NCBI GenBank assembly: GCA_032117915.1
Contig: JAULYI010000181.1
Coordinates: forward strand, 1 to 41,308
Reading direction: 5' to 3'
DNA: 41,308 nt
From: Candidatus Kapaibacterium sp.
Lineage (GTDB): Bacteria; Bacteroidota; Ignavibacteria; Kapaibacteriales; Kapaibacteriaceae
Shown here: positions 9,730 through 19,336 of the stretch, piece by piece
Numbering within the stretch: the stretch's first letter is position 1
How the letters are laid out: every line of letters starts with the position of its first letter
Program-made: the position numbers and the translations under genes
Notes under the pieces: generated by a model
The model's database searches: none
What the model saw: the letters and a program-made list of their open reading frames with translations, nothing else
What the model was told of the DNA's origin: nothing

Positions 9730-12700
9730 ATGCCCCTTCGCATCTTTGCTGCCCTGTTTACGGCCATGTTCGCATCCTCCGTGCTCTCTGCTCAGGATGT
9801 TGTGATCAGCGAGTACACGAACGAACTCAATCCGGATGCCGAGTGGACGGAAGTCGTGGTGGTGAGGGACGACCTGAACATCGTGGGTTGGTTCGTCACA
9901 GACAACAATGGTTCGCAGGCTGCACGTCAAGGTGGCGTGAAGTTCAAGGATATTCCTCTATGGCGCCACGTCCGCGAAGGCACCATCCTTGTCATTCGTC
10001 ACCGTGGTACAGGGGCATATCCAGGACGTGATGCCGACCCTAGTGATGGGTTTCTGGACCTGGGATTGTACGATGCCACCGTCTTTGACGTTGCCTCGTT
10101 CTCTGGCATCAACGGTGCCGAAATGAATGTTGCCAACGAAGGCGACTTCCTGCAGGTGTTGCGAGCCGATACCGTGCATGTGCATGGCCTTGGACATCGT
10201 AAGCCAACAGGACCCTATTATGACGCAACAGGCGCCCCCAAGGTAAATCACGATACGCTCGGTGTTGGTAATGGCCGGTCGATCTCCGTCATCGGACGTT
10301 CACTCGCCGCCTATGGCATGGGTATCGGTAAAGATTCTACCAGCGTGAGCATCAATGTCTCGCAGGGTCTGCCAAATCGTGTCGATAATCCCAGAGCATT
10401 CGCCGGGATCCGCAATCGTAACCACCTCCTGTGGCGCGAGTGGCGCGAGCCCGAATGGTCAGCGCCAACACCGTTGCTCAGGATCGTGGCGCAGACAGCT
10501 ACGGCACACGTGCTGGAGTGGACGCCGCTCGTTGATACCTATCCTGATGACAGGACAACAGGCGTGTTGATCCTGCGGTCGACCAACGGATTTTCAGACT
10601 TTGACCCTTCGGTGATCCGCGATGGTTCGATGCTCGTCGCCGGACAAGCCGTGTCAACCGCAACCCTGCTCGCCGTCCACCCAAACAGCAACGGAGGTCG
10701 ATACTCGGACTCCATTGGTCTGGAGTGCGGAAAAAGTTACTGGTACCGCGTGTATGGATATCGGTACGGAGCCGACAACGTGATGTCGCTCGCAGCGACA
10801 TCAGACTCGACGGCACGTGGCCGCCAGTACAATGAATCCGTCTGGGCACAGAGTGCCCAGGTGACAAAGAGCGTTCCTGCTAAGCCCGTCCTAAGCGCTT
10901 CGCGTCTTCAGGTGTGTCCGGGTGATACGGTGACCATCACTTCGTCGACGGTGCCCGGGGCTGTGCTGTATGAGTGGACGTTGGACGGACGTATCGTCCC
11001 GCTGGTAGGAACTACACGCGTCGTTGTTCGAGAGGCCGGTACGTATCGCTTGCGCGTCACGGCAGACGGCGGCTGTACCGTCGAGTCGGATCCCATCACC
11101 ATCTCGGTTCTTCCGGCACAGCGGATCGCTGTGTCGCCGGCTGGTGACCAGACGATCTGTAATGGTGACAGCGTGGTGATCACACTAACGTTCGATGCTC
11201 AGCAGTTCGAATGGTACCGCAACGGTACCATAATCCCCGGCGTCACAGGAAAGCGATTCGTTGCCACTGCAGACGGCGATTATCTCGTGCGATCGGTCAC
11301 GTCACAGGGCTGTCCCGGAGTTAGCGACGTCGTACGCATCCGTGTGCGGAACACAGCGGTTCGCTTTGAACCGGCAACGGTGGACTTTGGTATCCTCGGT
11401 GCATGTATTCCAAGTGTGGAACGCACCGTCGAACTCGTCAATACCGGCTCGGAGCCCATGACGCCAACAGCGGCAGACTTCCCTGCCGGCTTTACCATGG
11501 TATCCCCTACGCCCGGCTCCGTGACGATCCCTCCGGGCGGTCGCATCAGGGTTGTGCTGCGGTTTGCTCCGTCTAGCATTGGCGTGGCCTCCGGACAGGC
11601 GACCGTTACGTCGCTGCCGTGCAACACGACGGCATCAATGACGCTGCGAGGCGAACGGACGACGGCTCTGGCCAGCCTTGACCGTGCAAGGGTCGACTTT
11701 GGAACACTCACGAGCTGTCCGGGCACGGTGATCCGTGCAGACTCTACCTTCCTGTTGCGCAATCAGGGCACGACGCCGATCCGCGTGCGTATGCCCAACG
11801 TGACGCCTCCATTCTATCTGCTCTCACCGCAGATTGTCACGGATACCGCCATTCCACCGAACGGAAGCCTTGCCATTGTTGTCCAGTATCGTCCGCTAGG
11901 AGCGGATCTGGACCGTGGCGTCTTGCAGGACATCGGTTTCCCCTTCTCCTCGGCATCCTGTAATGACACGCTGCGAGCAACACTCATCGCTGCAACCTAC
12001 AAGCCCAGTCTCATCATGACGCCAAGTGCGGCGGACATCGGCAACGTGTACGCCTGTGGTGCAGGAACAAGCGTTGACACGCTCCTGACGTTCTCGAACG
12101 ACGGTCGTGTACCCGTTACGGTAGTATCGGTCACTAACGCCACCGTCATTGGTCTGCCGGTCGTGATCGAACCCGGTTCCTCGATCACACGACGTGCCCG
12201 CGTTGCCGTTCCGGGACAACCAGGTCCGTTCTCCGTTACCGGGTTGGTAAGTGTTCAACCATGCTCTGCGCCACAGTCCATCACGATCACCGGAACCGTC
12301 GTTCCCCTGACCGTGGTCACTGACCTACCGGGCGTTGACTTTGGTATTGTGCGACTCTGCGAGCCATCGACGACGCGCTCGGTGACCTTCCGTGCCTTTG
12401 CCGGTGATTCTGTGACAACGGCCCTCGACATCGACGACGTCACGATCAATGGACCGTTCGGCACGTCCGCCGTACGTGGCGACCAGATCGTGGGCCGTCA
12501 GGACTTCACGGTCAGCTTCACACCGACCGCAGCCGGCGTCTTTCGTGACACGCTGCGCCTTACACTTCAGCCTTGCGGCGTAACCGTTACCTTAGCCGTA
12601 AGGGGCGAGGCAAGAACGGTAGACATTGGTCTGACCATCGTTGACCCGGACTTTGGGTATGTGAACGAAGGCAGTGGTGCCGACCGTTCTGCCTTGTTCA

Positions 12701-13638
12701 CGAACACAGGCACCGACACGGTTGTTGTTGACGATGTACAGGGCATTGCTGCCCCGTTCTCTCTGATCTCCTCCGTTCCTGCCCTTCCGGCCACGCTTGC
12801 TCCAGGTGAGAGTCTGACGCTGCTGCTGCGCTATGCATACAATGTTGCCGGGCAAACGGATACCCTCCGGTTCTCGGCATATGTGATCGGCATCTGTCCG
12901 AAGACGATCACCGGAACGATGATCGGCGCGTCCGCGCTCAGCGGCGTCATCACGGGTGCCGTCCTTTCGGTCCCGGACGATCTCGAAGCATCACCCGGAT
13001 CAGTGATCGACATTCCGATCACACTCACATCCACGAATGATCTGCGTCCGGCCGGTGCGACATCACTTGCCGTAGGTCTGACCTACGATCCGACGATTCT
13101 GCGGCCGATCGCCATCGTCTCGACCATTGCCGGTCTTTCGGGCACGGTCGTCGAACAGCGTCCCGGGCGAGCGGTCGTCACACTTAACTCCGTCACCGAT
13201 CCGATCGTTGCCTCGGCACCGCTCGTGAGCATGCGCAGTGCCGTCTATCTCGGCACCTCGCCGATCACCCCGATCACCCTCGACTCCATCCGCATTCCCA
13301 AGGTCATCGCCACCGGTGACAACGGCCGGTTGACCATCATCGGGGAATGCCACATCGAGGCACGTCAGGCAGGACGCGGCTCGGGCTTCAGTGTTCGCCT
13401 GGAACGCGTCGATGCTAACGACGTGAACCTTGACCTGACCATTCTGACGCACGACCCCGTGGTCATCCGCATCGTTGATGCGCTTGGCTCGGTTCGCGCT
13501 GTGCCCCTTGATGCCGTGCTTGAACCCGGTCGTTATGGCATCAACATTCCGACCCATGACTGGCCAAGCGGTCTGATGTTGATCGATGTGACCCATGCAG
13601 GTCTTCGATCGACCGTTCCCGTTGTTCTCGTTCGATAA
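9730..13638 (+). CDS. Large secreted protein: lamin-tail-like domain, FN3-like domain, two Ig-like repeats, five choice-of-anchor D/ASH-like repeats, cohesin-like domain, divergent T9SS sorting domain
   Basis: Start moved to ATG 9730 (signal peptide MPLRIFAALFTAMFASSVLSA); the ORF-track extension crosses the terminator. VVISEY..EWTEV..LNIVGWFVTD (LTD). Five DFG/DIG-initiated repeats, four with an N.G motif. PGSVIDIPITL..LTYDPTIL (cohesin-like). PSGLMLIDV..VVLVR end. Confidence 0.75.
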   Translation: MPLRIFAALFTAMFASSVLSAQDVVISEYTNELNPDAEWTEVVVVRDDLNIVGWFVTDNNGSQAARQGGVKFKDIPLWRHVREGTILVIRHRGTGAYPGRDADPSDGFLDLGLYDATVFDVASFSGINGAEMNVANEGDFLQVLRADTVHVHGLGHRKPTGPYYDATGAPKVNHDTLGVGNGRSISVIGRSLAAYGMGIGKDSTSVSINVSQGLPNRVDNPRAFAGIRNRNHLLWREWREPEWSAPTPLLRIVAQTATAHVLEWTPLVDTYPDDRTTGVLILRSTNGFSDFDPSVIRDGSMLVAGQAVSTATLLAVHPNSNGGRYSDSIGLECGKSYWYRVYGYRYGADNVMSLAATSDSTARGRQYNESVWAQSAQVTKSVPAKPVLSASRLQVCPGDTVTITSSTVPGAVLYEWTLDGRIVPLVGTTRVVVREAGTYRLRVTADGGCTVESDPITISVLPAQRIAVSPAGDQTICNGDSVVITLTFDAQQFEWYRNGTIIPGVTGKRFVATADGDYLVRSVTSQGCPGVSDVVRIRVRNTAVRFEPATVDFGILGACIPSVERTVELVNTGSEPMTPTAADFPAGFTMVSPTPGSVTIPPGGRIRVVLRFAPSSIGVASGQATVTSLPCNTTASMTLRGERTTALASLDRARVDFGTLTSCPGTVIRADSTFLLRNQGTTPIRVRMPNVTPPFYLLSPQIVTDTAIPPNGSLAIVVQYRPLGADLDRGVLQDIGFPFSSASCNDTLRATLIAATYKPSLIMTPSAADIGNVYACGAGTSVDTLLTFSNDGRVPVTVVSVTNATVIGLPVVIEPGSSITRRARVAVPGQPGPFSVTGLVSVQPCSAPQSITITGTVVPLTVVTDLPGVDFGIVRLCEPSTTRSVTFRAFAGDSVTTALDIDDVTINGPFGTSAVRGDQIVGRQDFTVSFTPTAAGVFRDTLRLTLQPCGVTVTLAVRGEARTVDIGLTIVDPDFGYVNEGSGADRSALFTNTGTDTVVVDDVQGIAAPFSLISSVPALPATLAPGESLTLLLRYAYNVAGQTDTLRFSAYVIGICPKTITGTMIGASALSGVITGAVLSVPDDLEASPGSVIDIPITLTSTNDLRPAGATSLAVGLTYDPTILRPIAIVSTIAGLSGTVVEQRPGRAVVTLNSVTDPIVASAPLVSMRSAVYLGTSPITPITLDSIRIPKVIATGDNGRLTIIGECHIEARQAGRGSGFSVRLERVDANDVNLDLTILTHDPVVIRIVDALGSVRAVPLDAVLEPGRYGINIPTHDWPSGLMLIDVTHAGLRSTVPVVLVR

Positions 13639-13686
13639 CGCCGGCATACTCATCACGCTATTGCTCCACCAATTCCAGAGACTTCT

Positions 13687-14673
13687 GTGAACGTCCTTGT
13701 CACCGGTGCAACCGGCTTCGTCGGTAGCCATGTCGTTGATGTCCTTCTAGATCGTGGACTCGATGTGTCGTACATCGCCCGCGCATCCAGCAATCTCCGG
13801 TGGATGAACGGGAAGCGCGCCCGCCGAGTCGATGGCTCGCTGTTCGACTACACAACGCTTCGTACAGCCGTTGGCGAGGCGGATATGGTCATCCATGTTG
13901 CAGGTGTTATCGCTGCGAAGAATGAGGCGGAGTTTCTGCGTGGCAACCGTGACGCGACACAACACCTTATCGACGCTGTAGATGCGTATCGACCTTCCCT
14001 CACGCGGTTTACGCACATAAGCAGTCTGGCCGTTGCCGGTCCGGCGGGCAGCCTCGAACAGCCGGTTCGCGAAACCGACATCTGCAAACCGATCACGGCC
14101 TATGGGCGCACCAAGCGATCGGCAGAAGATGTTATTCACTCTGCGGCCGGACGTATTCCAACGACCATCCTTCGTCCACCCGCCGTCTACGGACCTCGTG
14201 ACGAAGCCACACTGACGTTCTTCCAAACGGTCAACAAAGGGTTTGCTCCGTTGATCGGATTCGACGAGAAGTACATAAGCTTCATCAACGTCAAGGATCT
14301 GGCGCGGGGAATCGTCGATGCAACACTGCATCCGAAGGCCGTTGGTGAAACCTACTTCATCACGTCACGGGAGTACTACACGTGGCCCGAGATCTCGACC
14401 GTTACGGCAGCCGTCCTTGGGAAGCAGAGTATTCGACGCATCCGTCTGCCCCATGGAGTCGTCCTGGGACTCGCAGGCATGGCAGGCTTCTTCTCGAAGT
14501 TCCGATCCAAGCCCGGAGTACTTGACTACGAAAAAGGTATCGACATCACGCGGCAGTACTGGATCTGCAGTCCTGAAAAAGCACTACGCGAACTCGGGTT
14601 CCAGTCGCAACTATCACTGCATGAAGGTATCCAGGACACGATCACATGGTATCGTGAGATGGGTTGGCTGTGA
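13687..14673 (+). CDS. NAD-dependent epimerase/dehydratase (extended SDR)
   Basis: TGATGFVGS Rossmann motif, HVAG, ISSLA, catalytic YGRTK, RPPAVYGP. GTG start. Confidence 0.9.
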   Translation: MNVLVTGATGFVGSHVVDVLLDRGLDVSYIARASSNLRWMNGKRARRVDGSLFDYTTLRTAVGEADMVIHVAGVIAAKNEAEFLRGNRDATQHLIDAVDAYRPSLTRFTHISSLAVAGPAGSLEQPVRETDICKPITAYGRTKRSAEDVIHSAAGRIPTTILRPPAVYGPRDEATLTFFQTVNKGFAPLIGFDEKYISFINVKDLARGIVDATLHPKAVGETYFITSREYYTWPEISTVTAAVLGKQSIRRIRLPHGVVLGLAGMAGFFSKFRSKPGVLDYEKGIDITRQYWICSPEKALRELGFQSQLSLHEGIQDTITWYREMGWL

Positions 14674-17153
14674 TGCGCTCGTGGATCCAGAGCACGATCG
14701 GCATCATTGTAACCCTAGTCCTGCTGCTCGTCTGTTTCGCCTACTTCGCCCTGCGGATGGCTACCCGCAGTCATCCCCAACCGGGACAGCGTTCAACCGC
14801 TACTGTTCGGGACACCGTCAACATCTATCGTAACGCCTTCGGTATCCCCCACATCATCGCGGGGACAATCGAGGACGCCGTCTTTGCACAAGGGTATGCC
14901 CATGCTCAGGACCGACTCTGGCAGATGGACCTGTATCGACGCATCGGTAGAGGGCGGCTGGCAGAGATCACCGGCAGCGAATCGGTGGCCATCGATGTCT
15001 TCATGCGGACCCTTGGGATCGCCGAGATCGCATCGATGCAGCTCAAACAGGCATCGTCACAGTCACGCTCCGTTCTGCATGCATACGCGCGTGGCGTGAA
15101 CGCCTACCTTGACGATCAACAGGATGACATCGCCTTTGAGTTCGATGCCTTGGGCTACGAGCCAACCCCATGGACTGCCGAAGACTGCCTGATCGTAGGA
15201 CGCGTGATGGCCTTTGAACTCAGTCTGGCATTCTGGTCGGACATCACCTATGCACAAATCGCCGCGCAGCGCTCGCTGCCGGTCGCTCGTACCTATGTGC
15301 CCACAGGACGCTCCGGTGAACCCGTGGTTCTCGATTCGACCATGACAACGATGCTCCCGATGCCGTCAGATACCACAGCATCGGTAGCACAGACAACGGC
15401 AGCGCTGTCTCATGTTACCTCGACCCTTCGCCGGATCCGCACAGCCCTCAACATTGAAGCATCCGGCATCGGCAGCAATGCATGGGCTGTGAGCAGAGGG
15501 TCAGGGAAAGGGGCTCTGCTTGCCAACGACCCGCACATGAGCGTTGGCATGCCCTCCAAGTTCTATCAGATCCATCTGTCAACGCCCACGATCAACATCG
15601 TCGGCATGAGCGTGCCCGGCCTTCCGCTGGTGGTCAGCGGTCGCAACGATCACGTCGCCTGGGGCGTCACGAATGTGATGCAGGATGATGTTGATTTCTT
15701 CCTTGAGCGGGTCGACTCGACAAATCCGAATTACTATGTCGATGCACAAGGTCGCCGAACGAAGTTCCGATACCGTCGAGATACGATCAGGATCAACGGT
15801 ACGCCGGACTCTCTGATCGATATTCGCTATACCGGCCGCAGCGCCGTGATCAGCGATGCGCACCTCCTGCGAAACCCATCCGATCTCTTCGGCATGCCGC
15901 GTCAGCCATCTACGGACCTGCTAGCGACGTCTTGCATCACCTTCCGCTGGACGGCTGCCACTGCATCGGATGAAGTGCGGACGCTTCATCGTCTGGCAAG
16001 CGCAAGGACCGTCTCCGACATTCAGCAGGCAGCATCGACGTGGCGGGCACCGGCATTCAACCTGACATTTGCCACACGTGATGGAAGTATCGGAACGATT
16101 CCGATGGGCAACGCACCGATCCGCACCAAGACGGACCCTCACTTCCTGAACCCCGGCTGGGATGCCTCCTTCGACTGGCAGGGATTCGTACCGCTGACAT
16201 CGGCCGGAAGCTACGTGAAGCGTGCCGGGTTTGCCGTTGCAGCAAACAACACGCTAACGTCACGCTCGACCCCGTTCATCGGAACGCTCTACGAACCATC
16301 GTCACGAGCAGAACGGATCACGGAATTGCTGAAGATGTACGTGGACTACACCGTCCGCGATGCTCAGCTGATGCAGCAGGACGTCGTCTCGCCCTATGCC
16401 CGATCACTGGTTGCGCGACTCATGCCCATTCTCAAACGAGGTACCGCTCGGTACGGCCAGCTCGAAACACGAGTCCTCGGTATGCTGTCATCATGGGATG
16501 GGTCATGCTCTACACTCGATCCGGTCGCAGCCGTGTTTGCTGCGTTCCAGCAGCGAATGATCGTCAACACCTTCCAGGACGAACTTGGTCAGCAGCTGTT
16601 CATGGACTGGGCCTTCGTGAGCAACATTCCCGTCAGGCGCCTCTCCGAGCTGGTCGATCAACCGAGTCATCAACTATTTGACGACCTCAGGACGCCACAG
16701 CGTGAGGACCTGTCGTGGATCACGATACGCAGCTTCATCGAGGCTGTTCAGCATGTGCGTGATGTTATGCAGTCGGAACTTCCCTCGCAATGGCGATACG
16801 GTACGATGCATACGATCACCTTCGGTCATCGCTTCGGCGACAACGCACTGATGCGGCCGATCATGAATCATGGACCCTTCGAAATGTCGGGCATGGGCAC
16901 GACCATCAACAACAGCGAATGGTCTGTGTACAACCCCTATGAGACACGCGTTGCCGCAGCTATGCGGATCATCGCCGACCTACGCGATTCCGTTGTGTAC
17001 ACCGTCGTGCCGGGTGGCGTGTCCGGACAGCCGCTAGCACCGCACTACTCCGATCAGATCCAGCTCTGGCTTCGTGGTGGATACGTCCGAGTACCAGTAT
17101 CGCCCAAGCCCGCACGAGGTAGCATGCTGTACAATACATTCACACCACCGTGA
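14673..17153 (+). CDS. Penicillin acylase family Ntn-hydrolase (peptidase S45), N-terminally membrane anchored
   Basis: GIPHI, AQGYAHAQDRLWQMD, GIG/SNAWAVS autocleavage Ser, LLANDPHM, PGGVSGQPLAPHYSDQ. TGATG overlap with the upstream gene. Confidence 0.92.
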   Translation: MRSWIQSTIGIIVTLVLLLVCFAYFALRMATRSHPQPGQRSTATVRDTVNIYRNAFGIPHIIAGTIEDAVFAQGYAHAQDRLWQMDLYRRIGRGRLAEITGSESVAIDVFMRTLGIAEIASMQLKQASSQSRSVLHAYARGVNAYLDDQQDDIAFEFDALGYEPTPWTAEDCLIVGRVMAFELSLAFWSDITYAQIAAQRSLPVARTYVPTGRSGEPVVLDSTMTTMLPMPSDTTASVAQTTAALSHVTSTLRRIRTALNIEASGIGSNAWAVSRGSGKGALLANDPHMSVGMPSKFYQIHLSTPTINIVGMSVPGLPLVVSGRNDHVAWGVTNVMQDDVDFFLERVDSTNPNYYVDAQGRRTKFRYRRDTIRINGTPDSLIDIRYTGRSAVISDAHLLRNPSDLFGMPRQPSTDLLATSCITFRWTAATASDEVRTLHRLASARTVSDIQQAASTWRAPAFNLTFATRDGSIGTIPMGNAPIRTKTDPHFLNPGWDASFDWQGFVPLTSAGSYVKRAGFAVAANNTLTSRSTPFIGTLYEPSSRAERITELLKMYVDYTVRDAQLMQQDVVSPYARSLVARLMPILKRGTARYGQLETRVLGMLSSWDGSCSTLDPVAAVFAAFQQRMIVNTFQDELGQQLFMDWAFVSNIPVRRLSELVDQPSHQLFDDLRTPQREDLSWITIRSFIEAVQHVRDVMQSELPSQWRYGTMHTITFGHRFGDNALMRPIMNHGPFEMSGMGTTINNSEWSVYNPYETRVAAAMRIIADLRDSVVYTVVPGGVSGQPLAPHYSDQIQLWLRGGYVRVPVSPKPARGSMLYNTFTPP

Positions 17154-17178
17154 CGCGGTATCACGAGGCGCTGTTTCG

Positions 17179-17186
17179 TACTTTTG
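17179..17186 (+). promoter_or_regulatory. Putative -7 promoter element TACTTTTG upstream of pepA
   Basis: Exact TAnnTTTG match preceded by CG, in an 82-nt intergenic gap. Confidence 0.55.
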
Positions 17187-17235
17187 TCCGTTCCATTACA
17201 ATCGCAACACTCAGAACTTGCTACAAGGATCATTG

Positions 17236-18720
17236 ATGAACGCCGCAGGGATCATCGCACAGCGTCGAACCGTCAAGGCAGATGCACTTGTCGTCTTCAT
17301 TCCGTCAACGGAACAACACTTCAAGGCGGCGATGAAGGCGCTAGCTGCGGACATTCCGCATCTGCAGCCTGTCATCGACAGCGGCGACTTCAAGGGCAAG
17401 AGCGGATCGACCGTCGTCACCTACACCGGCTCGGCACTCAAGGCGCCTCGACTGATTCTGGCAGGCGTTGGAGAGACGAAGAGCATCAACCTCGAGACCA
17501 TTCGTCGTGCTGCCGCAGCTGCAACCAAGACGGCCGCCTCGGTCGGTGTGAAGCACTGCGCCTATGATCTGGCCGCCATTAACAACCTCGCCATCGCTGA
17601 CGTTGCCTTTGCCGTTGCTGAAGGCTCCATGCTCAGCCAGTACCGCTTCTGGAAGTACAAGACGATCTCCAATAGTGGCAACGGCATGGTAACATCGTTT
17701 ACCTATTTCGGTGCAGACAAGGCCGACCAAAAGGCTGTCAAGGCAGCCGTAGATACAGCCACGGTGATCGCCGAAGGTGTGAACGTTGCCCGCGATCTTG
17801 CCAATGCCCCTAACAACGAAATCTACCCCGAATCCCTTGCGAATCGTGCCGTTGAACTCGGCAAGACGGCAGGATTCAAGACCACGGTGCTTGATAAGCG
17901 GAAGATCCAGGCGCTGAAGATGGGTGGCCTGCTCGGTGTGAACAAGGGTAGCGAGCGTCCCCCGGTCTTCATTGTGATGGAATACATGGGCGGTAAGAAG
18001 GGCGAACAGCCGATCGTTATTGTCGGCAAGGGTGTGACGTTCGATACGGGTGGTATCAGCATTAAGCCGGCTGGCGGTATGTCCGATATGAAGGGCGACA
18101 TGCATGGTGCTGCAACAACCATCGGAACGATGCATGCTGTTGCCAAGCTCGGTCTTAAGAAGAATGTCATTGGTCTGGTTCCCGCAACCGACAACATGCC
18201 GAGCGGTTCGGCCATCGTCCCGGGTGACATCCTGACCTTCATGAACGGCAAGACGGCTGAGATCGACAACACGGATGCCGAAGGACGCCTTATCCTTGCT
18301 GATGCACTGGCCTATGCAGACCGTTACAACCCTGCCACGGTTGTGGACCTTGCAACACTCACCGGTGCAATTGTCATCGCCCTTGGAAACACGACCACAG
18401 GAATGATGGGTACAGATTCGGCAACGATGGATCGTCTTCGGGCCTCTGCCGGACGTACCAGCGAGTATGTTTGCGAACTGCCCCTGTACGAAGAGTACGA
18501 AGAACTCATCAAGAGCGACTACGCCGACATCAAGAATTCCGGCGGCCGCGCTGCCGGCTCGATCACGGCTGCCCTATTCCTGAAGCACTTCGTGACGTAT
18601 CCGTGGGTCCATCTCGACATTGCCGGAACTGCACTGCAGCCGAAGGCAGGTCCATACTCACCCAAGGGCGGATCGGGCGTCGGTGTGCGCCTTCTGACCG
18701 ATATGATCCGTAACTGGTAA
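17236..18720 (+). CDS. pepA: Leucyl aminopeptidase (M17)
   Basis: VGKGVTFDTGGISIKP, MKGDMHG, NTDAEGRLILAD, DLATLTGA, WVHLDIAG. Start at ATG 17236 after AAGGA. Confidence 0.95.
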   Translation: MNAAGIIAQRRTVKADALVVFIPSTEQHFKAAMKALAADIPHLQPVIDSGDFKGKSGSTVVTYTGSALKAPRLILAGVGETKSINLETIRRAAAAATKTAASVGVKHCAYDLAAINNLAIADVAFAVAEGSMLSQYRFWKYKTISNSGNGMVTSFTYFGADKADQKAVKAAVDTATVIAEGVNVARDLANAPNNEIYPESLANRAVELGKTAGFKTTVLDKRKIQALKMGGLLGVNKGSERPPVFIVMEYMGGKKGEQPIVIVGKGVTFDTGGISIKPAGGMSDMKGDMHGAATTIGTMHAVAKLGLKKNVIGLVPATDNMPSGSAIVPGDILTFMNGKTAEIDNTDAEGRLILADALAYADRYNPATVVDLATLTGAIVIALGNTTTGMMGTDSATMDRLRASAGRTSEYVCELPLYEEYEELIKSDYADIKNSGGRAAGSITAALFLKHFVTYPWVHLDIAGTALQPKAGPYSPKGGSGVGVRLLTDMIRNW

Positions 18721-18737
18721 GACTGCGACACGCCATC

Positions 18738-19319
18738 GTGCACACGGAAGACATCGCGCGCAAGCGCCAGGAATTTGAAGCTGAGGCAATGCCCCATATG
18801 CAGGCATTGTACAACTTCGCCCTGCGCCTATGCCGTGACAGCGAAGACGCAGCCGATCTTGTTCAGGAAACCTTCCTGAAAGCGTTTCGCTTTTTTGATA
18901 AGTTCGAACGGGGAACCAACTGCAAGGCGTGGTTGTTCCGCATTCTGAAGAATTCATACATCAACCGCTACCGGAAGACCTCGAAAGAACCGGACGTGGT
19001 TGGCTATGATGTTGTCGAAGACTTTTACGAGACGATTCGCGATCCCAATATTGCGGCATCGGCTCCCGAAGAAGAGGTCTTCTCCAATGCCATGGACGAC
19101 GTGGTGGCCCGCGCCATCGAAGAGCTTCCCGAAGAGTTCAGGACCGTTGTAATCCTGTGCGATATCGAGGAGTTTACATACGAAGAGATCGCGGATTTTG
19201 TTGATTGCCCAATTGGGACAGTACGTTCACGACTGCACCGTGCGCGAAAAATGCTGGCCTCCAGATTGTACGACTACGCCCGAGAGCGTGGCTATGGATC
19301 GGGAGAACCGGCAGCATAA
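18738..19319 (+). CDS. ECF RNA polymerase sigma factor (SigH/SigR-like)
   Basis: Region 2 DAADLVQETFLKA..F..GTN.KAWLFRILKN.YIN.YRK. Region 4 LPEEFR..YEEIA..CPIGTVRSRLHRAR. Confidence 0.93.
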   Translation: MHTEDIARKRQEFEAEAMPHMQALYNFALRLCRDSEDAADLVQETFLKAFRFFDKFERGTNCKAWLFRILKNSYINRYRKTSKEPDVVGYDVVEDFYETIRDPNIAASAPEEEVFSNAMDDVVARAIEELPEEFRTVVILCDIEEFTYEEIADFVDCPIGTVRSRLHRARKMLASRLYDYARERGYGSGEPAA

Positions 19320-19336
19320 CGCGGAGAGGTACACGC

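Noticed and set aside
18466-18473. TATGTTTG inside pepA as an internal promoter for the ECF operon
   Set aside because: It lies in coding sequence about 265 nt upstream of the sigma start with no -33 element, and a few chance matches are expected in 41 kb. Not called without TSS data.
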